Below are positions 10,342 to 23,894 of a DNA stretch of 34,475 nt, one piece after another. Origin of the DNA: Conidiobolus incongruus B7586 (lineage: Eukaryota); contig JNEM01006578.1 in the NCBI GenBank assembly GCA_000697335.1, positions 1-34,475 of the forward strand. The letters run 5' to 3'. A program made the position numbers and the translations under genes. Within the stretch, counting starts at the first letter, position 1; every line of letters starts with the position of its first letter. The notes beneath the pieces are model-generated. The model was not told the DNA's origin. It worked only from the letters and a program-made list of their open reading frames with translations, and did not search any database.

Positions 10342-13300
10342 ATGAGTAATCGGAAAGAGTAAGTACTTTTAGCTTGTATTCATCATTCTGGATTGATAAT
10401 TATTAATTTTTAGTTTGGTCGATTATAAGACCATCAAGTCCGCGACATTATATAATTTAAAACCTACGACCAAGCGATTGTACGGTTATCCCTTCGTATT
10501 TCTGTATACTTTTGTTTTGGTATTAGCCTATTTAGATTTTGATACTTATTTCAAGTATATCGAATATTTTTACATCACTTTGGGAGCCCTTGTTACTTTA
10601 AATATTTTAACCTGGTTAAGTTGTTTTTGGAATTTGAATATTAAAGGTTTTGTCAAATTTTCCAAGGCAAGTTTTTATTTAATTATTTTTATTAATATTC
10701 AATTTTTAACTAACTGATCTTTTGTTATCTTAGACTTATGATCCTTATACTGCTGAATATATTAAAGTCATTCCCAAACCTCACAACGGAAACGGTGATT
10801 TTTGTAAATTGGTTCAAACCAAGGTAGATACATTCATATCAATCGCACAATATCAGATTTAATGATGTTAAAATTTAGCTCAACAAAGATGACAAATTAC
10901 CTGAAGTATCATTTTTATTCCAAAAACAAAAATTTATTTATAATTCTGATAAGAAGATATTTGAACCTTTATCTTATCCTTGTGACTTTGGTGGTATTTT
11001 ATCAGAATTCCAAAATCACAAAGGTTTAAATGAGGAGCAAGTTAACCAATTGAGTTTGAAATACAGTTTAAATACGTAAGTATATTTGATAATTGTTAAA
11101 AATTCATAAATAACTACAATATTAAATATTGGTAATAGTTTTGATATTCCTGTACCTTCATTCCGAGAACTATTTAAAGAACACGCCGTTGCTCCATTCT
11201 TCGTTTTCCAAATTTTCTGTGTTGGTTTATGGTGTTTGGATGAATACTGGTACTATTCTATATTTACCTTGTTTATGTTGGTTGCATTTGAATCCACTGT
11301 CGTTTATCAGGTATTTAATTCTGATTTTATTTGTATTATCAAAAATATTTATAAATTTTAAAATTTTAGAGAGTTAGAACCCTTACTGAATTCCGTTCTT
11401 TATCACAAAAACCTTTCGATATTTATGTCTTAAGATCTAGTGAATGGAAATTAGTTAAAACTGATCATTTAGTGCCTGGAGATCTCATTTCAATTGGTAA
11501 TTTATTATTAACTTTAAAAGTGATTTCATATATTTATATGTGTATATATATCAATAGTCCGATCTGGTGAAGAATCTGCAGTTCCTTGTGACGTTCTCAT
11601 TTTATCTGGCAATTGTATTGTCAATGAAGCAATGCTTTCTGGTGAAAGTACTCCCCTCTTGAAAGAATCTATAAGATTGCGTGAAGGTCAAGATGAATTA
11701 GATTTGAATGGTGTTGATAAAAATCACACTCTTCACGGTGGTACTAAAGTTCTTCAAGTTACTAATACTGAATCTTGCCCCTTCAATGGTATTCAGAATC
11801 TATTATTTATTTTAATTCTGATAAATCTAATTATTTATTGAAATAGCTCCCGATGGTGGATCTATCGGTTATGTTCTTAAGACTGGTTTCGGTACTTCTC
11901 AAGTAAATTATTTTTTTAAATCAATTTTAAATTTGTATTTATTGAAACCGTAGGGTGAATTGGTTCGTACCATGGTTTACAGTACTGAAAGAGTATCTGC
12001 TAACAATTTGGAAGCTCTTTTATTTATTTTATTCTTATTAATCTTCGCCATCGCTGCTTCTGCTTACGTATGGATTGAAGGTACTAAGAATAACCTCAGA
12101 TCTCGCTACAAGTTGGTTTTGGACTGTATTTTGATTATTACATCTGTCGTTCCTCCTGAACTTCCCATGGAGCTTTCATTGGCTGTAAATAACTCCTTGG
12201 TAGCTTTAGCCAAAGAGTATATTTACTGTACGGAACCTTTCCGTATCCCATTTGCTGGAAAAGTCGATATTTGCTGTTTTGATAAAACTGGTACCTTGAC
12301 TAGTGAAAATCTAGTCGTTGAGGGTATTGCTGGTGTTAACAAAAATAATTTAAAGGAACTGATCGACCCTAAGAAGTCCCCCAGAGTCACAGAAAATGTA
12401 TTGGCTGCTGCTCATGCTTTGGCTTTCATTGCTGAAGGTGGTATTGTTGGTGATCCAATGGAAAAAGCTACTTTGGAAGCTATCGGCTGGAAATTTGAAA
12501 ATGACAATGTATTTTCATCAAACGGGAGTGATAATATTAAGATCTTGAGACGTTTCCAATTTTCCTCAGCTTTGAAGAGAATGTCAACTATCTCCAAGAT
12601 TTTTAATTCTCCCAAAGATCAATATTTTATTGCTGTCAAAGGCGCTCCTGAAACTATCCAAACTATGTTAACAAGTGTTCCACAAGGTTATGAAGATGCT
12701 TACAAGTATTTTAGTAGAAGAGGCAATCGTGTTATTTCACTGGCAGCCAAAACCATTAACTTACTCAACCCTAATATGATCGAAAAGTTACCTAGAGAAG
12801 ATGCTGAGTCTGGTCTTACTTTCTGTGGATTTTTAATTTTCCACAACCCTCTTAAAGCCGACTCTAAAGAAGCCATCAAAATGCTTAATGAATCTAGCCA
12901 TCGTGTTATTATGATCACTGGTGATAATGCTTTAACCGCTTGTCATGTCGCCCAAGAAGTCGAAATTACTGACCGTGAAGTTTTGATCATTGATGCTAAG
13001 CCTGATATTGAAAATATTCTTACTCTCAAGTCTGTTGATGAAAATATCTCTATTGAAGTTGATGCAAGCACCACTAATCAAATGGATCAAGCTCTTCTCG
13101 ACAAGCATGATTTCTGTTTAACTGGGCCCGCTATCAAGATCTTGGAAAACTCTGATTTGTTCAAGCAACTATTGAATTATACATGGGTATATGCTCGTGT
13201 TTCTCCTTCACAAAAGGAATACATCCTTTCTGAGTTGAAACATGCTGGGCTTACTACTCTAATGTGCGGTGACGGTACCAATGATGTAGGTGCTTTGAAA

Positions 13301-14720
13301 CAAGCCCATGTTGGTATTGCTTTATTAGATGCAACTGTTGAAGATTTGGAAAAGATCGCTTATAAAACTCGCATTGAAAGATTGACCAAGCTCTATGAAC
13401 AACAAAAACAAATGGCTCAACGCTTCAATATGCCCACCCCACCTCCTCCACCTATGCTTGCTCAAGCTCTTGGATTGCCCGCTAACCAACCCGCCACCAC
13501 CGCCAATGGTCGCCCTGTTCCTCAAGTTGATGCCCTTAGTATGTCAACTCAACTCTTGGAAGAATTAGATGATGAAGTCCCTGTTATTAAATTTGGTGAT
13601 GCTTCTGTTGCCTCTCCCTTCACTTCCAAATTAGCTACTATTAAATCAGGTGAATTATACTGTATAATTTAATCATCTCTTCAGTCACTTATATTAAAAT
13701 TATCTAGTCTGCAGTATTATTCGATTGGGACGTTGTACTTTGGTTGCTACCATTCAAATGTACAAGATTCTGGCCTTGAACTGTTTAATCTCTGCTTACT
13801 CTCTCAGTGTCCTCTACCTGGATGGTATTAAATATGGTGACTAGTAAGTGTTATGTAAAACCTACCCATAGAAATAACTGACTAATTTTTCTATTTAGTC
13901 AAGCTACTTTGACTGGGTTTTTACTCGCTATCTGCTTCATGTGTATTTCTAAAGCTAAGGTATATATTATCATATGAAGATTTTCAAAAAAAATTAATGT
14001 TGCAATACAGCCTTTAGAAACTTTAGCAAAAGAACGTCCACAAACCAATATATTCAATCCTTATTTGATTGGTTCTGTTCTGGGACAATTTGCTATCCAT
14101 ATTGTATCTTTGATTTATATCGTTTCTCAAGCCAAGACCTATGAAGTGTAAGGATTCATTCAACTATAATTTAGAAGAACGATTACTAATATAAATTATT
14201 TAGACAAAAGCCAGTTGATTTGGACGGGCAATATGAACCTACTATTTTAAATAGTGCCGTATTCATCATCTCTTTGACCCTACAAGTTTCTACTTTTGCC
14301 GTGAACTATCAAGTGAGTTGAACTGTCATCAGTATTTAAGTTCAATTGTTTAAACTGATTAATATAGGGACGCCCTTGGAGAGAAAGTATGAGAGAAAAT
14401 ACTACTCTTTTCTACGGATTAACTGGTTGTGCTGGTGTTGCCTTAGCTTGTGCTACCGAATTTATCCCAGAATTGAACGCATTCTTCCAATTGGCTCCTT
14501 TACCAGGAGAAGTAAGCTATGATATATCATACTTAATAATTTAGTTATTAATTAAATTTATTAGTTCCAACTTAAATTGATCGGAGGTTTGATTTTTGAT
14601 TTTGGTATGGTCTACCTCGTAGAAATTGCATTCAAGAAATTATTTGGAAATAATCAACCACATCCAATTACACGTAGAAGAAAACCATTAACTAGTCATA
14701 TTGACAAAAAATCTAGTTAA
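10342..14720 (+). CDS. SPF1: P5A-type ATPase Spf1/ATP13A1 (ER transmembrane-helix dislocase), about 15 exons
   Basis: [21 protein letters not shown]-domain motif, P5A-specific PPELPMEL, phosphorylation site [52 protein letters not shown] and GRPWRES. Stop TAA at 14718-20. Confidence 0.97.
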
Positions 14721-15128
14721 ATAAATTTAAATTATAATACTCTAAATATTTATTTTACAATGCGTATAACTGATTTGATTAAAATCAATATACATAAACT
14801 ATATATGTTGTTTCAACTATTAAGTTCGCATTATTTATTGAATAAGTGATTTCAATTAAATCCAATTGAATACAATTGGCAATACTGTGATAACATGTTA
14901 TAAATAAATTTGAATTATAAAATCGTGGCTTATATATGTGGGTAAATTTATGTACCAAATACCAATTAAATCGTAATATTTTTTCAATATTTTTATTATA
15001 TATGCTTCTGAAATATAATTTATAAATATTTACTGGGTTTGTTGATTGTAACTCTCTTTGGAAGAATGGTGTGTATGTAATATAAAAACAAACTATAGTT
15101 TATTATCACTGAATTCAACAAATTTATT

Positions 15129-15645
15129 TCAAATTAAAGCTAAATTGTATTTTTCATTAAATTGCTCGAGTATTTGTTTATATTGATCAATTTTAACGTC
15201 CCAAACTTTTTTAGGAAGTGAGTCAGATTTTATATAATACATATAAGGTCTAAATATATCTCATATTAGTACATATTAATATTAAAAGTTCAAAAAATTA
15301 TTACTTGTATTCAATCTTAAGTTGATGATGTTTGAAAATTCCTATAGTTTTTAATATTTTAAATTCAATTCCTTTTGGGTTATCCTTAGCCTTATTAATA
15401 AAATTTAACGTATTATAACCTAAAATATTGCGGTAAATTAATTATATTAAACTAATATATTGTATGAATATACCTCTTTCAATTTGTTGATTAATTAAAT
15501 TTATATCTGTTAAATCTCTATGTAAATGAAATGCTTCATTGATTAATATTTTTCCAATAATTTTATCTTTTGGAGGTAAAATATGTTTGATTGATTTGTT
15601 TAATTTCCTGTATAGTGAAAATATCTGGGATTTATTTGATGCCAT
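15129..15645 (-). CDS. Small LYR-motif (Complex1_LYR-like) protein, 3 exons, probably mitochondrial
   Basis: N-terminal IFSLYRKL...EAF. Spliced frame continues GYNTLNF...KGIEFKILKTIG...YKQILEQFNEKYNLALI* through two GT-AG introns. The C-terminus is reminiscent of fungal DUF1763-like proteins (from memory, unverified). Confidence 0.75.
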
Positions 15646-15734
15646 TAATATACAATAATTATTTCAAAGGTCATTAAATTATTTGATCAAATTCGGGAAA
15701 TAGGTAGTTATATGATGAAATTATTCCAGTTTTA

Positions 15735-15743
15735 ATTATGGGA
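15735..15743 (-). promoter_or_regulatory. TCCCATAAT upstream motif (LYR gene)
   Basis: Exact copy 98 nt upstream of ATG 15645, sense orientation. Confidence 0.6.
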
Positions 15744-15945
15744 TTTTGAGTATTTCACTTTAATTTTTACTGAATCAATAATTTTAGAATTGAAATTTTA
15801 CAAAGAACAAGATTAATTCAATAATATGACTGAAGAAAATAAAAAATCTAATTTCAAATACTAAATAAAAATAACTCAATTTAAAATATACGTTAATTCT
15901 GTAAAAATTCCTGAATAGTAGTTTATTAAAATACGATATTGATAA

Positions 15946-16595
15946 CTAATATGGTTGAGCTCTCTTTTTACCCTTATTTTTAGTAGATTTTAAATTTGTG
16001 TGAGATTGGTTAGTAGTTGTAATTTTGGCCATTTGTTCATCGCTCACTTGAGGTTGATTATTAATTTCATCTTGAATTTCATTAAGCTCCTCCTATAAAT
16101 ATTATATATATATATATATATATATTAAAACTATTGAATATAAAAATACATCAAAGTTATTGTTACTTCTATTTTTTTGTTAAAACCACCAAATGATACT
16201 CTGCTAGGTTGGCTATCGGCTGATTGATTAGATTCACTCAAATATGACAACTTGTTCGATATTTCGGTCTTGTATTTTAATTGATCTATTGTATTATGAT
16301 CGTATTGAACTTTTAATTTACTATAAGTTTATATTAGCCAAAACATTGATTTTGAATGATTAATTATTACGGTTTTTCTAAACTCAATTTGCTGAGATCA
16401 ACCTTCCATCTACCTGCACCTTCATCATTACTATCTATTTGATCTAATTTTCTCTTTAATTCTTCATCCCTTGTCCGAGACATAAACTAAATATTTTTAT
16501 TAATAAAATCTTTGGAAACCCTATATTAGTGTTACTCTCATCTTTAAAATTTTAGAAGATAAACCAGCATTAAGATTAGATGAATCGCTACCCAT
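15946..16595 (-). CDS. MPP6: Nuclear exosome cofactor M-phase phosphoprotein 6, 4 exons
   Basis: GLSSKILKMR|FMSR matches the MPP6 LSxxLLxMKFMQR motif; SRVSFGGFNKKIE matches GRxSFxGFN; VSDEQMA and a basic C-terminus are present. Confidence 0.85.
16103..16125. repeat. (TA)11 microsatellite in an MPP6 intron
   Basis: Direct reading of the sequence. Confidence 0.9.
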
Positions 16596-16734
16596 TTTAA
16601 TATTTTGTATGTTGAATTTATATTAAGTATCGATATCAAAATCAAAAAATTTCTATTATTTACTTTTTAATATGCTGCATATTATAAAAATTGGACTATA
16701 TCTAAATTATATGGCTTTCATTTGAATATAATAA

Positions 16735-16743
16735 ATTATGGGA
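16735..16743 (-). promoter_or_regulatory. TCCCATAAT upstream motif (MPP6)
   Basis: Exact copy 148 nt upstream of ATG 16595, sense orientation. Confidence 0.6.
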
Positions 16744-17410
16744 TTATTCAATTATTATAAAGTGTAAATATTCAACTATAAAAAATTGATCAAGGTTATG
16801 AATGATTATAATCAATATTAAATTAATTGTTAGCTTGAATATGTTTGCTTAATAAATATATAATGTCACTGTAACAATATTTATAATATTTATTAAATTT
16901 AATACAATTTCAATTTGATGTAAAAATGTTATCCACTCATTTTAATAAATTTGTACTAATGTTTAATATCATAAAAATCAATTAGTGTTCAACAAAAATT
17001 AGAAGCTATTCAATTCATAACTGAACTTATTCCAACTTTGTAAAAATTTTTGAAAAATTGAACTAAAAATAAAATGTTGATATGATTACAATTAACACTA
17101 TTTTCAGCATAATATTTTTAAATACTATATAAAGTGAATATTTTGTAATCAAATGTGATAGATAATTTATAGTTGAACCTTAGAAGGTGATTGGATAATG
17201 GAAAAGTGTTTGTGAGAAATTTGATGAAATCATGATATCGCATTTAATATGAAGATTGAATTCTTCTAATAGTGGGACAAACTGAATTATATAATTAGCT
17301 CATTTGGTATTACGTTTTTCTTCATTTATACTGATTCATATAAGGAGTGCATTCTTATTCATTCATATTATTTGTAAAATTTTATTTTTAAATTATTAAA
17401 TCATATAAAA

Positions 17411-20400
17411 ATGAGTTTAAATGAAATGGACTTTGGTGAATATGATGATGAGTTCATCTGCCCAATTTGTTGTGAAGATTTAGAAGAAGACGATTTAGCT
17501 ACTCGTTATTGCGAGTGTAAATTTATGGTAATATATTTATACTTTGATTTAAACTACGTCTTCAAAATTATCTCAAGCGATCTATTCAAAAATCTATTGA
17601 TCTATTCAATCAAAACACATATTAATCCATCTCATCTGTCTAGTTATGTGGTTTTTGTTATTCAAGAATCAACGAAGATGACCTCCCCAGATGTCCTGGA
17701 TGTAGAGTGCCTTATGATCCCTCTAAAAGAGTTTATGATCAAGAAGGAGCTAAAGAGTATATAATCTCTTCATGTTTATCTATCAAATCGACTAATCTAT
17801 CTTCTGTTAGATTAATCCTAAGGTTCCAACATAAAAAAGCTCTAGAAAAGCAAAGAACTTCTGCAAGTGTAATGTCTAATCGCATGAATTTAGCGAATAA
17901 GAGAGTAATACAAAAGAATTTAATTTATTTAACAAATTTACCCCTTAAATATTCCTCCGAGGAAGCTTTAAGGAAATGCGGAGTTCTGACCCGATTTGGT
18001 AAAGTGATCAAGTGTGTAGTTAACAAAAGGCCATCAACAACAACTACAAACGCAACTTGCTGTGCTCATATAACTTATGAGACGCTAGACGAGGCTTATG
18101 AGGCTCTCCATGGATTGAATGATATTATCTTAGATGGCAAGCATCTCAAAGCTCAATATGGCACCACAAAATATTGTACTATGTATCTAAAGAATGAAAA
18201 ATGTCCAAACCCCAACTGTATGTATTTACATGAGTTGGGTAATGATGGATCTCAAGGTGAATCTCTTGATCCTGATTTCCACCTGTAAATTTATAACATA
18301 AATTATTTCATATATGATTTTACTAATATTAATATCTATAGGTATTATACTAACAATCAATCTAAAAATTCTACGATAAGTCACTCTAGTCCTACTAATA
18401 GACCGAGTTCTACACCCGAATATAAACAAAAGTCAAGTAAAATGGACTCAGCTAAAAGCCTTGGATCTGCTCTGCCTGCCACTGCGGCTTGGGGTCGTGG
18501 TGTTACACCGACTTCAACACCACCGTCCAACTCCCCATCCAATTTCCCATCACTCTCCGCTCATTCGTCTCAAGATACACCTAAACTTCCAGCCAAAACA
18601 CTTCGCATTGTATCCTCTAAAACACCTACTAACATCTCTACATCTACTGAGAAACCATCAGATTCTAAAATTGTCAAAGTTCAAAATGAGAGCCCACAGC
18701 AATTACATCAATCTGATCCTCAAGAGTTATCTGAAAAAGAACCATTATCTACATTATCATCTCCAAACTTATCTCAAAGTCAAGATTCTTCGAATCAAAA
18801 TACTTCATCTGTTCAATCTGCCCTTGAAAATACATCTGAATCTCTTACTGCTCAGAAAACTTTATCAACTCCACCTTCACCTGAAATTACTAATAAGACA
18901 GTAGGAACACCTGAAGTAGTCACTTCAGATATTACTGATAAAGTTGACAAAGCCAACCCTATTCTCACTAAATCTTCCGATGTGGAGAATGCTACTCCTT
19001 CTCTTCTTGAGCTATTTTTGAATAATTCCGATCGTCAGCCATCTATTTCTGAATCTCTTACAAAATCACCTGAACCTCCCTCAGTACATCCCATGTTCAA
19101 GAATATTCCAGATCTTTGCTTCGATCGTAAATCAACATCCATCCCACCATCATCACAACCCAACCTCTTTAACCCATTCGAAACGAAAATCTCCTCAAGT
19201 CCCCATTCTCGACAACCATCAATCTCTAAACTCTCCTTGCGTGATTCTAAAATTGCCCAATCTCCTCATGGACAATTTGCCTTTCCTCAATTCAAGCCCG
19301 TTTCGAATTTCCCACCAAATCTTGACTTGTCCGGTTATAGACAAAACATTTCTCATCCTAGCCATTTATCCCAAGGATCTGGTCACCCATCATACTTTGG
19401 TCTTTCTAAGTTGTTAGATGAAGATTCTTCTAACGCCAGGCGAATGCAATCTCCTCCAGGCAGCGAATCTTCCAGATTTTCTAACATGTTCCAACCTGAC
19501 CCAGTGCTTAATCCAAGCTTCCCGAATAGACTCAATCCACATCGCCCTTCTTTTTCACCTTTCTCGCCTCAGCTTGGAAATTCAAATCTCCGTCCCTATG
19601 GGTTAGGTAATCCAACTTCTAGCCTTTTCTCCAGCTCGTCTATTCAGCCTCCTGAAGGTTTGGGATCAAGCCAATTCTCACCTTTCCCTCCCCCATCTGC
19701 TGGATATGCTAGACCAGGATTGGATAGCCGCAATCAAGGTGCTATGTTCAACAATTTTGGCGTTTCAGACCTTCTGACTCGTGGTCATCATGGCACTCAA
19801 ATGCACGGATCTCATTCACTATCGACAGCCAATCGTCTGAACTTCGATGGAATGTCAAACCGATCTGCTATTGACTCCAATTTGCAGATACCAAGTTTCT
19901 ATAATGAAAATGCTATCACTTCATCCAATCTTAGTCAAAAATTACCATTGAATCAACATGCTAACGATTCACCTCACAGCTCTGGCTCTGTACCCAATTT
20001 ACCTCCTGGCCTTCTTAGAAAGACTGGACCTTTTGCTCATCCAATGAACCAGACTGCTAAACCTGCATTTGACCCTAAGCTTCGTCAATTATCTACATCT
20101 AGTAATCAATCTCAACTCGATGTATTGGCAAATGTTTGCCAGGATATGTCTCAAACTTCTTCACCTACCAAAACGCCACCATTCAATACCAGCTTTGAAC
20201 CCAATACTACTGGTCGAGCAAGTACTCCTCGCAATCTCCCTCCTGGATTGCACCCTCCCAATTTGGTCAACTTCCCCAGTGAAGCTAAAGCACAGCCCAG
20301 CACTAAACTTGAAGCCCCGCCTGGATTGATTTCTAATATTCCTAATACTGATCCCGAATCCAGTACTCAAGGAATTCCAATTAACCTTGAACAATTTTTC

Positions 20401-22095
20401 AGCGGATCTCTCCCTCCAGGTTTGATTCCTCCTAAGCAAAAGGTCCCTGAATTTCCTCCACATCAGCCTCCTCCAGGAATCAATATTCCAGTTTATAGCT
20501 CCACTTCAATAAACGCTTCCTCCACCTATTTTGAGTCTCCCAGTGTTCCCATCCCCTCTTCAACTCCTAGTATTTCTAATATTCAATCTAATTCCTCTTT
20601 TCTACCTACTGTAAATAATGATAATGTTCCTGATATTTCTAATCAACCCAGATCTTCATTTGATGAAATGATTAATGGTTTAAAAAAATCTCAGCCTTCA
20701 TCAACTGATAAAATCATTCCTGTTTCTGCTTCATTGAAAGTTCAACCTTCTGTTCCCAATGTCAGAAAAGTACTTGTTTTGAAAGACACTCATTCAGAGC
20801 AATCTCAACCCAAATCTCAGCCTTCTGTCGAATCTGAGCCCGCTAAGGCTAAAGCCAATACTTCGGCTCCAAAGACTTTCACTAAAGTTGAAAAACAAAA
20901 GGAAAAGGAAAAGGAAAAGAAATTGAAGCAAAAAGAAAAGGAGTTGGAAAAAGAAAAGGAAAGACAACGCTTGAAGGAGTTGGAACTAGAGAAGCAGAAA
21001 CAGCTTGAGAAGGAAAAACAACGTTTAAAGGAACTAGAGCTTCAAAAACAAAAGGATCCCGAGAATGAAAAAGAGCCATTGAAGGAGATTGAAACGGACA
21101 AAGAAAAATTGAAGCTTGAAAAGCAAAAAGCTCAATATAAAAATGAAAAAGATTCAGCAGTTGAAAAATCTGGTAAGAAAAGCAAAGGCGCTCCAGAAAT
21201 TGCTAAAGAATCTCTTCAACTTGCTGATAATGTTACCTCTGATCCATCTCACAATGATAATATTATTATTCCATTTGGATTTGGCCAGGAGGCTAATTTA
21301 GAAACCAACTCTCTCAACCAAATGTCAAAGAAGCAGCGCAAAAAGTGGAAAGCTCAAGAAAAGGCAAGATTGGAAGCTGAAGCCAAATCCGACTCGTCCT
21401 TACTTGCCAATTTCTCTAATGAAGATCCTATTTACTCTGGTCTACCATATTTCAAAAACAACCAGCAAGATGCAATTCCATCAATCAAGGTTCCCAAGCT
21501 TGATAATACTCCAATTACTAATGTACAATCAGCTCTTGGCCTTCAGCTCAATAGTATTATGGACGAGCTTTTATATCATCAGTACAACAAAGATGATAAA
21601 TCTTTTGTCGATGCTCACCGCGATATTATTGCCAATGTTCAAAAAGATAAATGTAAATGGAATTCTCTTGACAAGTATCTTGGTCTGGACAAGTCCTATT
21701 GCAAGGACTCCAAGAAACCGGCTCAATCTGCTGAGTTTGGAGACGAACAATCCGTTCAAACCATCTTCAATACGCTATATGGCCTCAATCCATTTGAATC
21801 CAAGATGCAACCTGACGCAACTCAGCATGTTTCCTTTGATTTTACCACTTTCCCTATCACAAGAGACCATCCTGTTAACCTCAAGAGATTCTTGGATATC
21901 AAACAACCTCAAGATCCCGCTCAATTTATTACTAACAATGCTCGTGCCATTTCTACTATTGGACTCGATTTGGAAGAAGGTTTAGAATTGTTGTATACTA
22001 AATCTGAGGCTATCAGATATCAACAACAGATGGAAGAGATGCTATGCTTCAAGGTCATGGAAGAAAATACTAAGTTATTCTGCCCTAATGTTTAG
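17411..22095 (+). CDS. NOT4: CCR4-NOT E3 ubiquitin ligase Not4/Mot2 (CNOT4), 4 exons, long low-complexity C-terminus
   Basis: C4C4 RING CPICC...CEC..|LCGFC...RCPGCR, RVIQKNLIY RRM, GTTKYC..YLKNEKCPNPNCMYLHE CCCH finger. The last exon includes the 1217-aa ORF 18442-22095. Confidence 0.94.
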
Positions 22096-22291
22096 TTCAT
22101 TTTCCCCTTAATATTTGAGCTAATAATAAGCTGCTATTTTATCATTGATATCATCGTTTCTTTATATATTTCATTTTATATTTAATCAAGAGTCTAGGTG
22201 TTTTTTGATAAAATCGCACAATGTTTTATGTTTTTGTATTTCCTTTAATAAATTTAATGAATATTGATAACCATCAATCAACAATCTTAAT

Positions 22292-22300
22292 TCCCATATT
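22292..22300 (+). promoter_or_regulatory. TCCCATATT upstream motif (HEM4)
   Basis: 87 nt upstream of ATG 22379, sense orientation; one mismatch to TCCCATAAT. Confidence 0.5.
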
Positions 22301-22378
22301 TAAATAATTTTGAAATCGACGTCATAAATCAAATCCCAAATACTCAATTTGGATCATGATAAACTGAACCTAGGGGAA

Positions 22379-23224
22379 ATGACATCAAATCAATCAACTG
22401 TTTTATTATTAAAAGATCACTCATCAAAATATGAAAAAGAATTTAACAAATATCAAATGAACACAATCTTTATTCCAATACTCATGGAACAGTTCATCAA
22501 TTTAGACAAATTATCAGAATTATCAGTCGAATCATCATTCTTACAAGACTACTGGGGTATTATTATTACAAGTCCAAGAGCTTCAAAAGGATGGGAATCA
22601 GTATTAGAACAATTATCAAACAAAGATGGTAATATCTATATCATAAATTTATATAATTCACTTTTCTTATATTTTTTAGAATATAATGAATTACTTCTCC
22701 AATTAAAAAATCTACCCATATTCGTCCCAGGAGAAGGTACGAGCACCAATCTAGAAGAAATAGGATGTCATAATATTATTGGTAAAGACAGTGGCAATGC
22801 TGATAATTTATTTCTCAACATTCGAGATTTCTACACCGAGCATATCACATCATCACAAAAATTATTATTTTTAACGGGCGACAAAACTCGACCCACACTA
22901 CCCACCAAAATGACGGAATCCAAAATTCCATTTGATAAATTTCAAATTTACAATACTTTCAAACATGACGAATTTGATTCCAGGATATCTAAGATAGATT
23001 CCAAGGCATTGACTTGGATCGTTTTTTTCAGCCCATCCGGAGTAGATTTCGCATGGGATTCATTAAGTGTGTGGCTGTTGGAGAATCGTGTTAAAGTGGC
23101 AGCAATTGGAGATACTACTAAACATCATTTGGAGGGATTGAATATTCATGTGAGCGCTTGTCCTCTAAAGCCCAACCCTATGGATTTGGTGAAGAGTATT
23201 GTTGATGGTAATGCTGATGCTTGA
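22379..23224 (+). CDS. HEM4: Uroporphyrinogen-III synthase; one probable 51-nt intron (22629-22679)
   Basis: VLLLK, GIIITSPRA, GKDSGNADNL, LLFLTGDKTRPTLP, WIVFFSPSGV, VAAIGDTT and KPNP motifs typical of fungal Hem4/UROS. Confidence 0.93.
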   Translation: MTSNQSTVLLLKDHSSKYEKEFNKYQMNTIFIPILMEQFINLDKLSELSVESSFLQDYWGIIITSPRASKGWESVLEQLSNKDGNIYIINLYNSLFLYFLEYNELLLQLKNLPIFVPGEGTSTNLEEIGCHNIIGKDSGNADNLFLNIRDFYTEHITSSQKLLFLTGDKTRPTLPTKMTESKIPFDKFQIYNTFKHDEFDSRISKIDSKALTWIVFFSPSGVDFAWDSLSVWLLENRVKVAAIGDTTKHHLEGLNIHVSACPLKPNPMDLVKSIVDGNADA

Positions 23225-23894
23225 TAATTGATTAATTAATATATTAGTGTTTAAAATGATCATAAATATTCAACATTATATAATAAAAATGTTTAGTTAT
23301 TAGCCACTTTTAAGATTTAAATATAAATTATATTATTTGTTTCCCATCTTATATATGTATATATATTCATATCATCAAAAGCATATTTCATAAAAATACT
23401 GAATCAATAATTGATAGATCTTAATTATTGAAAATATATTGAATAAAATTACAGTATTTGATGAACCAAAATTATATCTCCAGTAATTTATATCAATCGA
23501 AAATTTCGATTAAATTTTATCAATTTTTGAATATACTTGATGGGATTTCAAATATCAACAAAGTACAATATACACTTAAAATCTAAATAGAATTTTGATG
23601 ATTATACTAATGAATTGAAATAATTAAAATGAAAAATAAATTCAATATTGTAGCTGTGATAATGGTTCAACTTATTTTTGCAATGTTTTCTTTCAAATTG
23701 TCAAATAGGTTCGAATAAAAATTACATAATATGCCATCAGCACTACATTAAAAAGAATCAACAGGAATGTTTCTTTTGAATTTAAATTTTATTAATATAT
23801 AGTATAATTATTTGAAAGAATGATTGAATTAATTTGAAAAGTAATTATATATTGAATATTGATATTATTTTGTAAAGATAAATATGCTGAAAAC

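Noticed and set aside
18461..21985. Alternative-frame and antisense ORFs inside NOT4 (e.g. 147 and 193 aa)
   Set aside because: By-products of Ser/Pro-rich codon usage; no homology cues.
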